The position numbers and the translations under genes are program-made. This document shows positions 36,381 to 48,420 of a stretch of DNA of 64,000 nt, piece after piece. The DNA comes from Octopus sinensis (lineage: Eukaryota): the NCBI RefSeq assembly GCF_006345805.1, contig NC_043006.1:22382001-22446000 (forward strand), written 5' to 3'. Under the pieces are notes generated by a model. It worked only from the letters and a program-made list of their open reading frames with translations, was not told the origin of the DNA and made no database searches. Position 1 is the stretch's first letter. The number at the start of each line of letters is the position of its first letter.

Positions 36381-37158
36381 CTATATATAGTCTGTGTTCA
36401 GATATTATGTGCTTGTGTGGAAATATATATTGTCTGTGGTCAGGTATTATGTGCTTGTGTAGGTGAGGTAGTGTGCAAGGTCTAATTAGCACGCTCCATG
36501 GGATTGAAAATCACCATAGAGACCAACCTCAGAACCATGAACTTCTTAGACGTCACACTCAACTTGGGTTCCGGTACAAACAGGCCCTACTGCAAACCAA
36601 ATGATAGGCTAATGTACATCAACACAGCCCTCTACCACCCACCCATTGTGTTCAAAAACCTGGTAAAGGGTGTTAGTAAGAGGATCATGATCCTTTCCTC
36701 CGATCAAGAGATTTTTTACACATTGGCCCCATACTACAATGAGGTCCTGGCTACCAGCAGAGTTAAGGACCACATCTCCTACATGCTAGAGCCCAACAGT
36801 TAACAACATTACCAACAATAGCAATAACAGCACCAGCAACAACATTGGCAGTTCCACCGATGACAACAACACTAACAATAATAGCAGCATCGCCATCACC
36901 ACCAGCATTACCAATGGCTTCCCTAAAGTCTACAGTAGCAGACCTGATAACCCCCATAGCAGCAGCAACAGGTCCAGTGTCACCACCAGCTATAATGGCA
37001 ATAATAGCAGCAGCAGGGAATAGTGGCCCTAGCATAAACACCAGTGGAATCACAGCTAATGACACCTGTAGCAGCAATGGCATCCCTTCCACCCATGATG
37101 AGGACAACAATATGAACAACAACAGTGCCTTCACCATAATCGGCAGTGGCGATACCAA

Positions 37159-37378
37159 CCCTTTAGTGTTTAAACCGGCCATACCAGGCCAAAATTGTCT
37201 TCCTGCTATATGCTCAAACCAGCCAGCTCTGGCCTTTCACACCTACCCTACAAAGTCATTCTAAAAATAAACAGGGACATCATCAAAATCTCAGAGTTAC
37301 AAGATGCTGTCCAATTAATTTAAAACAATGTGATTAAGCAGGCTTTACATTTGACAGAGTAATCTGAATGCTAAAGGG
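37159..37378. mobile_element. piggyBac-type MITE (family P1)
   Basis: Ends CCCTTTAG...CTAAAGGG followed by TTAA; homolog at 61052-61263. Confidence 0.8.
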
Positions 37379-37944
37379 TTAATGATGCCAACACCAGCAG
37401 TCCTAGCTCTAACAACAACAATGTAGGTGGCAGCAGCAGCAACAACAACAGCAATACCAGCAGGTGCAGCACTGATGACACATGCCCACAGAGATACATT
37501 GGATGTTCTGGGAACTCTTTCAAGCAACGTCTCTCCAACAATAGATCCTCCTTCAGAGTTCTGGAAAAGAGATAGGTTACATCACTAGCCAGTCACGTCT
37601 GGCAACTAAGAGACAATGGGATTCCATACTCGATCTCATGGAAAATACTAAAGAACTCAGGCACCTACATCAATGGGACGAAGCGTCGTTGCAAGTTAAA
37701 CATAGCTGAGTGTGCAAGAATCCTAAAAGACTCACTCGAACCAGGGAACATCCTTAGCTGCAGAATGGAGATTTTCAGGCCATATTTGCATTTCAGGAGG
37801 TTTATGCTAGGTTTTTGGAGCCCACAAGATGGTGGCACAGCCAGAAGTCAATAGCCAATAGCAAAGGGAGATAGCTCCCAATTGTTACTTTTGAGTAGTG
37901 AGTCATTTCCCCCTCCATGTTTATAAGAGGTCATGGCCAACAGG

Positions 37945-38012
37945 TTTTTGGGATCTGATGAAATGCTATAAAGCTAAAGCCTTTATGGGATGGGATAAGG
38001 TAATCTCATAAA
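37945..38012 (+). ncRNA. Decayed type I hammerhead in the PLE pLTR
   Basis: Stem I TTTTTGGGAT/ATCTCATAAA, CTGATGA, stem II GCT ataa AGC, TAAAG in place of TGAAA, helix III CCTTTAT/ATAAGGT, GUA triplet. Confidence 0.55.
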
Positions 38013-38029
38013 CCAGCCTTCCCCATTTT

Positions 38030-38067
<38 letters not shown>

Positions 38068-38444
38068 TATATATGAAAATATACACCAACAGCATCATTG
38101 CCGTCAAGCAAAAATGCTAGTATGTATATATATATATATATATATATATAGTATATATATATAGTATATATATACATATACATACACATAGTATATATAT
38201 AGTATACATATACATCAACATCATCGTCATCATTAAGCAAAAATGCCAGTATGTATATATATAAGCATATATATAGTATATATATATATATATATAATAT
38301 ATATATTATATATATATATATACACACATATATATATAAGTAAAAATGTTAGTTCTAAAATCTCTCTAAGAGATCAAAACAGTACTTGTACGACAAGTAA
38401 TATTCGTAGCCACTTTAACATGACTATATATACACGTGCATATA

Positions 38445-38507
<63 letters not shown>

Positions 38508-38789
38508 TACATATATATGATCGGCATACTAACAATTTTGCCACCATAATAGAGAGAAGGAGAAGAGAAAAGAGAGAGAGAGAGAGAGAGAGCCAGACAG
38601 ACAGACAGACAGACAGACAGATAGACAGACAGATGACAGACAGACAGATAGAAAGATAGACAGTGTCACCACAGTAACTAACAAATTTTAATAAAAAATA
38701 AATTCAGGAATTGCAAGTCTGTCAACACAACATAGCTTAAAAAGAAAGTCTTTCATTATATAACAAATATAGATATTGTTTTGGTTGTT

Positions 38790-39480
38790 TGTGTCTGTGT
38801 GTGTGTGTATTTCTGTGTGTATGTGTGTGTGTATTTCTGTGTGTATGTGTGTGTGTATTTCTGTGTGTATGTGTGTGTGTATTTCTGTGTGTATGTGTGT
38901 GTGTATTTCTGTGTGTATGTGTTTGTGTATTTCTGTGTGTATGTGTGTGTGTATTTCTGTGTGTATGTGTGTGTGTATTTCTGTGTGTATGTGTTTGTGT
39001 ATTTCTGTGTGTATGTGTGTGTGTATTTCTGTGTGTATGTGTGTGTGTATTTCTGTGTGTATGTGTTTGTGTATTTCTGTGTGTATGTGTGTGTGTATTT
39101 CTGTGTGTATGTGTGTGTGTATTTCTGTGTGTATGTGTTTGTGTATTTCTGTGTGTATGTGTGTGTGTATTTCTGTGTGTATGTGTTTGTGTATTTCTGT
39201 GTGTATGTGTGTGTGTATTTCTGTGTGTATGTGTGTGTGTATTTCTGTGTGTATGTGTTTGTGTATTTCTGTGTGTATGTGTGTGTGTATTTCTGTGTGT
39301 GATGGTGTGTGTATTTCTGTGTGTATGTGTTTGTGTATTTCTGTGTGTATGGGTGTGGTATTTCTGTGTGTATGTGTTTGTGTATTTCTGTGTGTATGTG
39401 TGTGTATTTCTGTGTGTATGAGTTTTGTGTATTTCTGTGTGTATGTGGTGTGTTTCTGTTGTGTGTAATGTGTTGTGTAT
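38790..39480. repeat. 24-bp minisatellite (ATTTCTGTGTGTATGTGTGTGTGT)n
   Basis: Direct; a T-variant unit recurs mostly every third copy. Confidence 0.97.
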
Positions 39481-39682
39481 TTCTGTGTGTATGTGTGTGT
39501 GTGTCTGTGGATATATTTCTATGTGTGTGTGCATGTGTGTGTGTGTTTGTTTGTTTGCGCTCATGTGTGTGTCTGTATTTCTGTGTGTATGTGTGTGTGT
39601 GTCTGCGGATATATTTCTGTGTGTGTGCATGTGTGTGTGTGTGTTTGTTTGTTTGTTTGCGTGTGTGTGTGTGAGTGTGTGA

Positions 39683-39739
<57 letters not shown>

Positions 39740-40480
39740 TGTTTCTGTATGTCTTTCAACATAGAGTCAGTGCAACACATACTTTAAAAAAACAACTTTC
39801 ACAATAACGACAGGTTGTTGACATTGTGAAAGAAATTCTGTGTGAGAGAGAGAGAGAGAGAGAGAGTATGTGTGTGTGTGTGTGCATGTGTGTTTGTGTG
39901 TGTGTGTGTGTGTATGTGTGTGTGTGTGAAAGATAGAATTAAAATTTATTTCAAGAAAAAAATCAGCTCATTGTTATAGTTGTTGAGAGAAACATGGCGA
40001 GAGGGAGAGTGAGTGAGTGTGTCTATGTGTGTATGTGCGTGTATGTGTGTGTATGAAAGATAGGTAAACTGCTGTCATGAGAGTAGCAAATGAGACTTTC
40101 ACTATATAACAGTCAACAATTAAAGGTGTGTGCATGATTAACCAATATTTTTTATGGGCAGCATAGCAATAAATTAAGACCTACTTTTTTAAATTTATTT
40201 ATGCGCCCTTTTCAAGCCTAGCCAACATTGCTTGACAACCGATGCTGGTGTGTTTATGACCCTTTAACCTAGCAGTTTGGCAAAAGAGACAGATAGAATA
40301 AGTACTAGGCTTACAAAGAATAAGTGGTTAAGAGCGCGGGCTACTAACTCCAAGATTCCGAGTTCGATTCCAAGCAGTGACCTGAGTAATAATACTAATA
40401 CTACTACTACTACTAAAAATAATAATAATAACATCGAAAAATACCTTAGGAATGAGAACCCAGGTTTGAAATTTCCTCAA

Positions 40481-40526
40481 GACACCCGAAGAAGGCTGGA
40501 GGGTATATCAGCCGAAATGTTGTTTT
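40481..40526 (+). ncRNA. Minimal type I hammerhead (mutated: U4C)
   Basis: GACAC-CCGAAGA-A-GGCTG gagggtatat CAGCC-GAAA-TG-TT-GTTTT. Confidence 0.7.
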
Positions 40527-40580
40527 AACAACAAACTAGATGAGGACAAGTATCTGTCAAATGTAAATAATGTAAATAAT

Positions 40581-40984
40581 AGTTGCTGTGTGGTAAATAG
40601 CTTGCTTACGAACCACATGGTTCCAGGTTCAGTCCCACTGCATGGCATCTTGGGCAAGTGTCTTCTACTATAGCCTCGGGCCAACCTAAGCCTAGTGAGT
40701 GGATTTGGTAGACAGAAACTGAAAGAAGCCTGCCATATATATATATGTATATATATGTGGGTGTATGTTTGTGTGTCTGTGTTTGTCACCCCAACATCGC
40801 TTGTCAACTGATGCTGGTGTGTTTACGTCCCCGTAACTTAGCGGTTCAGCGAAAGTGACTGATAGAATAAGTACTAGGCTTACAAAGAATAAGTCCTGGG
40901 GTCGATTTACTCGACTAAAGGCGATGCTCCAGCATGGCCACAGTCAAATGACTGAAACAAGTAAAAGAGTAAAAGAGTAAAAGA
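40581..40984 (+). mobile_element. SINE family B nested in the HHR-SINE
   Basis: Near full-length. Confidence 0.92.
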
Positions 40985-41084
40985 ATGTACATAATTCCTC
41001 ATCTGTTAAATATAGATCAGAGGAGATGCTGGTTAAAAAGCCAAACATGCTATCCTTAAATTTCTTTACTTATTCTCAACTATG

Positions 41085-41423
41085 GAGGCGCAGGAGTGGC
41101 TGTGTGGTAAGTAGCTTGCTAACCAACCACATGGTTCCGGGTTCAGTCCCACTGCGTGGCATCTTGGGCAAGTGTCTTCTGCTATAGCCCCGGGCCGACC
41201 AATGCCTTGTGAGTGTATTTGGTAGACGGAAACTGAAAGAAGCCTGTCGTATATATGTATATATATATATATATATGTATGTGTGTTTGTGTGTCTGTGT
41301 TTGTCCCCCTAGCATTGCTTGACAACCGATACTGGTGTGTTTACGTCCCGTCACTTAGCGGTTCGGCAAAAGAGACCGATAGAATAAGTACTGGGCTTAC
41401 AAAGAATAAGTCCCGGGGTCGAT
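41085..41423 (+). mobile_element. SINE family B, 3'-truncated
   Basis: Ends at GGGGTCGAT, where the duplicated C1 segment starts. Confidence 0.92.
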
Positions 41424-41970
41424 AGTGAAAATACTTAAAGCTCCACAAGGCTCCGGCAGGGGGTGGTAGCGACCCCTGTTGTACTCTTTCGCCACAACTT
41501 ACTCTCACTCTTTCTTCCTGTTTCTTGAGTAATGCTGCGATGGACTGGTGTGCTGTCCAGCTGGGGGGGAACACGTATGCCACAGAAACCGGGAAACCGG
41601 GCCCATGAGCCTGCCTAGGTTTGAAAAAGGGCATAGAAAAAAAAAAATAGAATTTGAATGCGACAGGAAAGTACCACAATTCAGATGTTTCCAGCTGGCA
41701 GGAGACCTAGAAGTAGACCATGAATGAGATGTTTGGATAATATTTATATTCTCAGTAAAGTGGCAAGCTGGCAGAATCATTAGCATGCTGGGAAAAATGC
41801 TTAGCAGCATTTCAACCATATTTACATTCTGAGTTCAAACTACACCAAGGTTATCTTTGCTTTTCAGCAGGTCGGGGTTGATAAAATAAGTACTAGTTGA
41901 GTACAGAGGCTGATGTAATCAACTTAGCCTCTCTCCTGAAATTGCTGGCCTTGTGCCAAAATTTGAAATC
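41424..41970 (+). mobile_element. Composite: C1 SINE (5'-truncated), 110-bp spacer, A2 SINE
   Basis: 41424-41895 is an inverted paralog of 5166-5645; I count about 6 differences in ~265 bp of spacer plus A2. Confidence 0.88.
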
Positions 41971-42095
41971 GATATCTGTAACCTCAGCTGAGCATGCTTG
42001 GGAATCCAGCTGGAAAATTTCATGATAGCTACTGCTGACAGGATCTTACAGACCCCAACAACCCACCTAGGAATAGTGGGCAGAGAAGATGGATG

Positions 42096-42160
<65 letters not shown>

Positions 42161-42815
42161 TCATACATTTCACAGCAGATTTTTTTTTTCAGTCATTTTA
42201 AGAATCATATCATATTTGCCTGTAATTCACCTACAGTATCTGGTTTAGTAGAAATAAGCAGTCATCTTTTCATGTCCCCCCATAAAATAAAATTGAAACA
42301 ATTTCAAATTTAAAAACAAAAATTAATAAACAATAATAATAAACTTTTTAACTGACATCAATAAAATCGATGCACCAGGTTTCAAAATGTTCTCAACAGA
42401 TTAATTCTGTCATCTATAGACCTAATGTTAAAAAAAAATTTTTTTAAATACATTTAGAATTTTTATTCAATGTTTTATTGACGGTTATAGCACTGCAGAT
42501 CAAACATTTAATATCAATAATAACAATAACAATGCTATTGAAATGTTAGTTCAGAAATATTTAATTTGAGGATGAATTAAAATATTTAAAAAAAATATTT
42601 CAATATCATTTTAGTATTTTTTTTCTTTTTTCTTTTTGTGCAATTATTGATTTTTGATGTTTGATCTGCATTGATATGGCCTTGTAAAATACATTGATTT
42701 TTGTGCATATTTCACAACATTTCAACATGAGCACTTTATAATGGTCCTGTCTGTCTGTGTGTATGTATGTATGTATGTATGTATGTATGTATGTATGTAT
42801 GTATGTATGTATGTG

Positions 42816-43130
42816 TGTGTGTATGAATTTTCTTTGAGTTTTATTTAAGTTCTTAGGAGAGTTCAAGCCGGTCACCAACAAAATGACAAGACTTTTTGAG
42901 CTAAGAGAGTTTGTGGTGTTTGTAAATATGTAGTTGAGTTGGTGTGTTGGTTGAAATGTCAATACGTACACCAAAGTGTGTGCAGCTATTCACATAAGAA
43001 TGTCACAGGGAGCATTTTTGGAATGTCTTACAAATTTTCACTGTGCCACTAACACATTGGGTTTGGAGAATATGTGTTAGTTCCTTTGCTCTTTCTCCCT
43101 GAAACGAAATATTTCAAGGTTTTCATGAAA
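42816..43130 (-). mobile_element. R4/Dong-like LINE 3' end flanked by (ACAT)n
   Basis: Minus strand ELTHILQTQCVSGTVKICKTF* matches the 52.9k C-terminus; ATGT tracts at 42765-42815 and 43133-43152. Confidence 0.75.
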
Positions 43131-43199
43131 ATGTATGTATGTATGTATGTAATGATATGCATAAAATCTGGTCATCAAATCTAAGTAGAGATTTCAAAC

Positions 43200-43577
43200 T
43201 TAAAATCTTCAAAGCCACTGTCAAACCAATTCTACTATATGGCTCAGAAACCTGAATGTTATCAAAGAAGCTTGAGAGGCGGTTGGATGGAACTTACACT
43301 CGTCTCCTTATGGGAGCTCAAAATCTCTCATGGAAGCGTCATCCAACCGAAGTACAAATATATGGGAAATTACCACCTGTATCATCTCTTGTGAAAGGTA
43401 GAAGAGTCCAGTTTGCAGGACATTGTTGTAGAGCTGAAAACGAGGTGATTCCTACTCTTCTCCTCTAATGAAGCCATCTGCTCGCGATACCAGAGGGCGC
43501 ATACTCTCCTATCTTGATGTAATCTCCAGGGATACAGGTATCCAGCAATAGGACCTCCGTAATGCTATGATGGACAG
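43200..43577 (+). mobile_element. RTE LINE (family R2x) C-terminal fragment
   Basis: PILLYGSET...RRVQFAGHCCR...DVISRDTGIQQ.DLRNAMMD. Confidence 0.85.
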
Positions 43578-43579
43578 TG

Positions 43580-43727
43580 ATTACTCATTTTTGCCAACTG
43601 AGTAAACTGGAGCAACATGAAATGACGTGTTTTGCTCAAGAATGCAACACATTGCCCAGTCCAGGAATCAAAACCACAATTTTGTGATTATGAGTTCAAC
43701 AACCTAACCACTAAGCCATGCACCTCA
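43580..43727 (-). mobile_element. SINE E head and central domain
   Basis: GGCTTAGTGGTTAGG...TTCTTGAGCAAAACAC. Confidence 0.75.
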
Positions 43728-43917
43728 ACACCACAATGGAAGGACCCTCAGGGAATACTTTATTACATTATGTTACAGAGAAATATGTTTTAGTTCTCTG
43801 AAACTTGGAGGATCCGATGCAGAATTCCAAAATAACTACATTGGTGAAATGTAAGCAGGAACTAATAATAATATACACTTTGTTTATCTTAATTTCTCCT
43901 GTACATATATATATATA

Positions 43918-43991
<74 letters not shown>

Positions 43992-43992
43992 T

Positions 43993-44150
43993 AGGGAGAG
44001 TTTACTAAAAAACAAAAGATGAAGACAGGTGGTGTACAAAACAAACATGTATTAGTATAACGCTCAGGAATAGAGAAAGTCTTTTACGTTTTGAGCCTAC
44101 ACTCTTCTACAGAAAGGGACACAGAAAAAACAAGGAGAGAAACAAGGAGA
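43993..44150 (-). mobile_element. Penelope pLTR-like fragment with HHR (44081-44116)
   Basis: Minus strand CTTT-CTGTAGA-A-GAGT gtag GCTC-AAAA-CG-TA-AAAG; palindromic ACGT helix III, GUA triplet. Confidence 0.65.
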
Positions 44151-44192
44151 AAAGAAAATGTGTGTAGTGGCTAACGATCTATCATGGCAACT

Positions 44193-44255
<63 letters not shown>

Positions 44256-44256
44256 G

Positions 44257-44306
<50 letters not shown>

Positions 44307-44881
44307 TAGTTGTGTGTGTGTGTGTGAATATATGTCTGTCTAGTTTATGCACAACACAGCATAGATCAAAAGAACAAATAAATTGTCTACAATCACTTTG
44401 ATCAAATGCTTGTCCAATCAGGGCAAGACAGGGCATAACAACAGTAACAGCAGCAACAACAAAAGCTACATAAAACTTTCAAGACGCATTGATATATTGG
44501 CAGAGTCCTTCATATTGGCGTAAATTCTTAAATAAAATAAAATAAAATAAATAAAAAAAATGTCTTCACCATCCAACAGTTCAACAACCAGTCAGTAGAA
44601 AAATATATTTTCTTTACACTAAAAGATATAATCAACTGCCCCACCCCCCACCCCAAGAAAAAACACAAAAAAGAAAAAATTGAGAACACATATTTTGTCA
44701 GTTGTATATTTATATAAAGTCCATCAAATGAAGATTTTGCTGTTGTTTGAGATGTGTGATACAATGTTGTTCAGATTAACTCTGTATTGCTTGCTCACTT
44801 CTAAGCAGATATCTTCATTTTTTGTATTTTTTATTCTTGTATTCTAATATTCGCATTTAGAGTTTCTTGTTATCTTTCTCC

Positions 44882-44912
<31 letters not shown>

Positions 44913-45094
44913 TTCCAATATCATTTGATGATAATGTTATATGATTCGTATTTGTCAGTTTCAATTCAGTTGAACTAAAAATGGTAAACACAATTATTTT
45001 TCTGTATATGCACACATACATAAACACACATGTGCACAAGGGCACACATATATATATTAACATACATACATACATAGATACATACATACATACA

Positions 45095-45125
<31 letters not shown>

Positions 45126-45192
45126 GCACGTATACATACATACATACATACACACATACATACATACATACACACATATATACACACATACA

Positions 45193-45830
45193 AACAAGGT
45201 GGTATCAAAGAGTTCTTGGATTAGTTATGTTCAATAAAGAATAAATAATTTTATTCTTTTATTCTTTTATTTTTTTACCTGTTTCAGTCATTTTACTGTG
45301 GCCAAGCCTTATACTTATTCTATCAGTATTTTTTGCTGAACTGCTAAGTAATGGGGACATAAACACACCAGCTTTGGTTGTCAAGCGATGTTGTAGGGGA
45401 CAAACACATACATGTTTTAATATCATCTTGAAAATAGTCACCTTGCACAGTGTTCCTTCCACTTTTGGAATTTGGCCTGTAAGTCATTTTCCATGAGTTA
45501 AGGACCTTCTGCAAGTTGCTCTTGATCTCGACAATGGTGTTAAAATGGTGACCTTTGGGCAGCATTTTCATCTGGGGGAAGTGACAGAAATCCGCAGGTG
45601 CTAAATTTGGTGAACAGAACAGGTGCAGAAGCAATACCATGTTGTTTTTGATGAGAAACTCACAAGTAAGGAGAGCTTGGTGACAGGGTGCATTGTTGTC
45701 ATGAAGAATCCAATTCTTTGCATTCTGCACAAATCTGATTGCTTTCCTCAAAAGTCCTCCCTCAAATGCTTTAAAATGTCACTGTAGAACTCTCGATTGA
45801 TGGTCTGGCCCTGGGGAACAAAGCTTCAAC
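45193..45830 (-). mobile_element. mariner (DD34D-type) transposase C-terminal fragment with right TIR
   Basis: FVPQGQTINREFY...WILHDNNAPCH...SPNLAPADF..FP...KG; TIR-like sequence near 45195; B fragment inserted at 45250-45412. Confidence 0.85.
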
Positions 45831-45849
45831 CCCCATGGGTACTTTTATG

Positions 45850-46670
45850 TGGCATTGCATGGACACTTTTATATAGGCACCATCATGTGCGCTTTGCACC
45901 ACCAGAAAGATTGGTCTTAACACTCCTGTTGTAGGGTATGGGTCTTCTTGAGTATGGTCAGATGTCAGGTATCTTGATCTAAAGGCGGCGAGCTGGCAGA
46001 AACGTTAGCACACTGGGTGAAATGCTTTGTGGTATTTCATCCGCCACTGCGTTCTGAGTTCAAATTCTGCCGAGGTCAACTTTGCCTTTCATCCTTTCGG
46101 AATCGATAAATTAAGTACCAGTTACGCACTGGGGTCAATCTCATCGACTTAATCCGTTCATCTGTCCTTGTTTGTCCTCTCTGTGTTTAGCCCCTTGTGG
46201 GTAGTAAAGAAATAGGTATCTTGGTCTTTTGACCTCTCACTTGAAAGATTCAGCATCATGAGGTCATTCTTCAGTACCTCGTCCCATGTCTTCCTGGGTC
46301 AGCAATTCTATATTCAGGTTTACACCTTGTAGTATGCTTTTTAATGCCTGTTTGCATGACATTTATGTTTATTATCTTTTTAATCAATTGGGCTATAACT
46401 CTTTTCATAACTTTCATAACTTCATCCAACAATCTGATACCTATGTAATTTCTTCCCTCTTGTACATCTCAGTTACTCTTACAGCAGCTTACTATGATGC
46501 TGCTACGCCAGTCATTGGATATGGGACCATCTTATACTATCTGATTGACTATGGGTGTGACTAATCCATGCTTTATTTTATCAAACACATTTAGTATCTC
46601 AGCAACACTTCCTGATGGACCAAGTGCCTTCCAGGCCTTCATATCCTTAAATCCTTCAGCATTCAAATTA
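45850..46670 (-). mobile_element. Internally deleted RTE LINE (RT domains 0-2 joined to the C-terminus)
   Basis: KALGPSGSVAE...DWRSSIIV...RNYIGIRLLDEVMKV...MQ, then PRKTWDEVLKNDL. Confidence 0.75.
45981..46213 (+). mobile_element. SINE A1
   Basis: 14-bp TSD AGGTATCTTG[A/G]TCT. Confidence 0.93.
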
Positions 46671-47849
46671 CTCTGTTAAATGCAATGCTTATTTATTATT
46701 TATTCTTGTAAATTCAAGATTTCAATGATGTCGTTGTTTATTTTGAGGATGGCATCATAATTGTAGGTGTGAGAGGTCAGTGTTGGCCAGTTTGAACATA
46801 AAACTGGAACAATATTGGGATTGGATATGACTGGTTTAAATGCTAATGGATTAATCCCTTTATCTTACTGCTATCAACTTAAATGACTGGTCCTACTGTT
46901 GGGTCTACTTGGGATATCCACCAAATTTAAAAGCCTCTCATTATAGAACATATAATGGGCAAATGTCTTCTACTATAGCCTCGGGCCAACCAAAGCTTTG
47001 TGAGTGGATTTGGTAGATGGAAACTGAAAGAAGCCCATCGTATATATATATATATATATATATATATACAAGTATATATACATACATCCTTTCTGATGTA
47101 TGCAAGACTGAACATACTGCTATCATTTTGTCTAAAGGTCTCTTGATGGCATCTTGATTCTCTCTAGCACATTGCTTAGCAATCCAAAAATATCTCATGT
47201 CTCTCATCTTCATTTTGAAGAACACACACAAACTTCTTTCTTTCTGTTTCTGGATTTAGATTCCATTCTAGCTATTTGAATTTTAATCTCCTGCCTCTCT
47301 TTCTTCCAATCAGTCCAAACCTGTCTCTGAACTCTTATGGATTTATTCTAACCACCACCACCACTACCAACAACAACCACAACAATAGCACCATGTGTGT
47401 TCTTATGCCTGGCTGGGATCTTATGCCAACCACAAGACTGTGTTGTAGGCTTCCACGGGTTGGAGTAAGGACATGTTCAGTTTCTTACTATATTATGAGT
47501 CTCTATTTCCTTCTCTTTTCCAACATAAGATAAGCATTGACATACCTTTTTGGAATTTAAACCTGGACAAGGACTCTTTTAGTTTCCATTGTCCTTTGTT
47601 TCTGAGCGTTTCAAGGCTCTTTTCCCAAAATCAAAAACCTATAACCTTTTTGATCATCTTCCAATCTTATTTCATGGTTAGAATAAAATCCATCTCACAT
47701 GTGTGTTTGCTTGATTAGTAAGTCATCAGGTGACTGGCTGATGTGTGTGTGTATGTGTGTGTGTGTGTGAGTGTGTATGAGTTGGGATATACTTATAAGC
47801 AACCCCCCCCTACATCATTCTTAGGGGAAGTGACAGGTCATGTTTAAGC

Positions 47850-47889
<40 letters not shown>

Positions 47890-47924
47890 TGTGTGTGTGT
47901 GTGTGCGCGTGTGTGTGTGTGTGC

Positions 47925-47970
<46 letters not shown>

Positions 47971-47974
<4 letters not shown>

Positions 47975-48275
47975 AGGCGCAATGGCCTAGTGGTTAGGGC
48001 AGCGGGCTTGTGGTCGTAGGATAGTGGTTTTGATTCCCAGACCGGGCGTTGTGAGTGTTTATTGAGCGAAAACACCTAAAGCTCCAAGAGGCTCCGGTAG
48101 GAGTGGGGTGACGATCCCTGCTGTACTATTTCACCACAACTTTCTCTCACTCTTTCTTCTGTTGGCCTGCTCGCTTAGCCAGCGGGGTGGCATCATTGAA
48201 AGCTAAAACAATGCGAAGCGCATTGTGACCAGCAATGTATAGCAACATCTGATGGCCTGGTTGGTCACATGACCA
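47971..48275 (+). mobile_element. SINE family C with C3 tail
   Basis: GTGGAGGCGCAATGGCCTAGTGGTTAGG head; distinct 3' half. Confidence 0.88.
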
Positions 48276-48277
48276 CA

Positions 48278-48340
<63 letters not shown>

Positions 48341-48388
48341 CACATATACAAAGAGAGAGTGACATAGATAGATTTACTACACATATTC

Positions 48389-48420
<32 letters not shown>

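Larger units (their letters stand above)
36470..38030 (+). mobile_element. Penelope-like retroelement remnant (RT thumb, GIY-YIG C-terminal half, pLTR)
   Basis: NFLDVTLNL...YCKPND..YIN...HPP (ORF 36498..36803); QRYIGCSGNSFKQR...SLASHVWQLRDNGIPYSISWKIL from ~37485; HHR-like motif at the 3' end. Confidence 0.87.
40322..41015 (+). mobile_element. tRNA-headed SINE carrying a hammerhead (copy 2), interrupted by SINE B
   Basis: AGTGGTTAAGAGCGCGGGCTACTAACTCCAAGATTCCGAGTTCGATTCC head, AAT/ACT tract, HHR; resumes AATGTACATAATTCCTCATCT after the B insert. Confidence 0.85.

Noticed and set aside
40322-40375. tRNA gene calls for this and other SINE heads
   Set aside because: They have A/B boxes but no acceptor stem closure or T-run terminator and continue into SINE bodies; they are tRNA-derived, not tRNAs.
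41424-41895. Assembly artefact as the explanation for the 5k/41k paralogy
   Set aside because: The copies differ at several positions and have different extents and flanks.
42985-43100. Apparent minus-strand exon with good splice signals
   Set aside because: The translation matches the R4/Dong C-terminus seen at 52.9k, so it is a LINE fragment.
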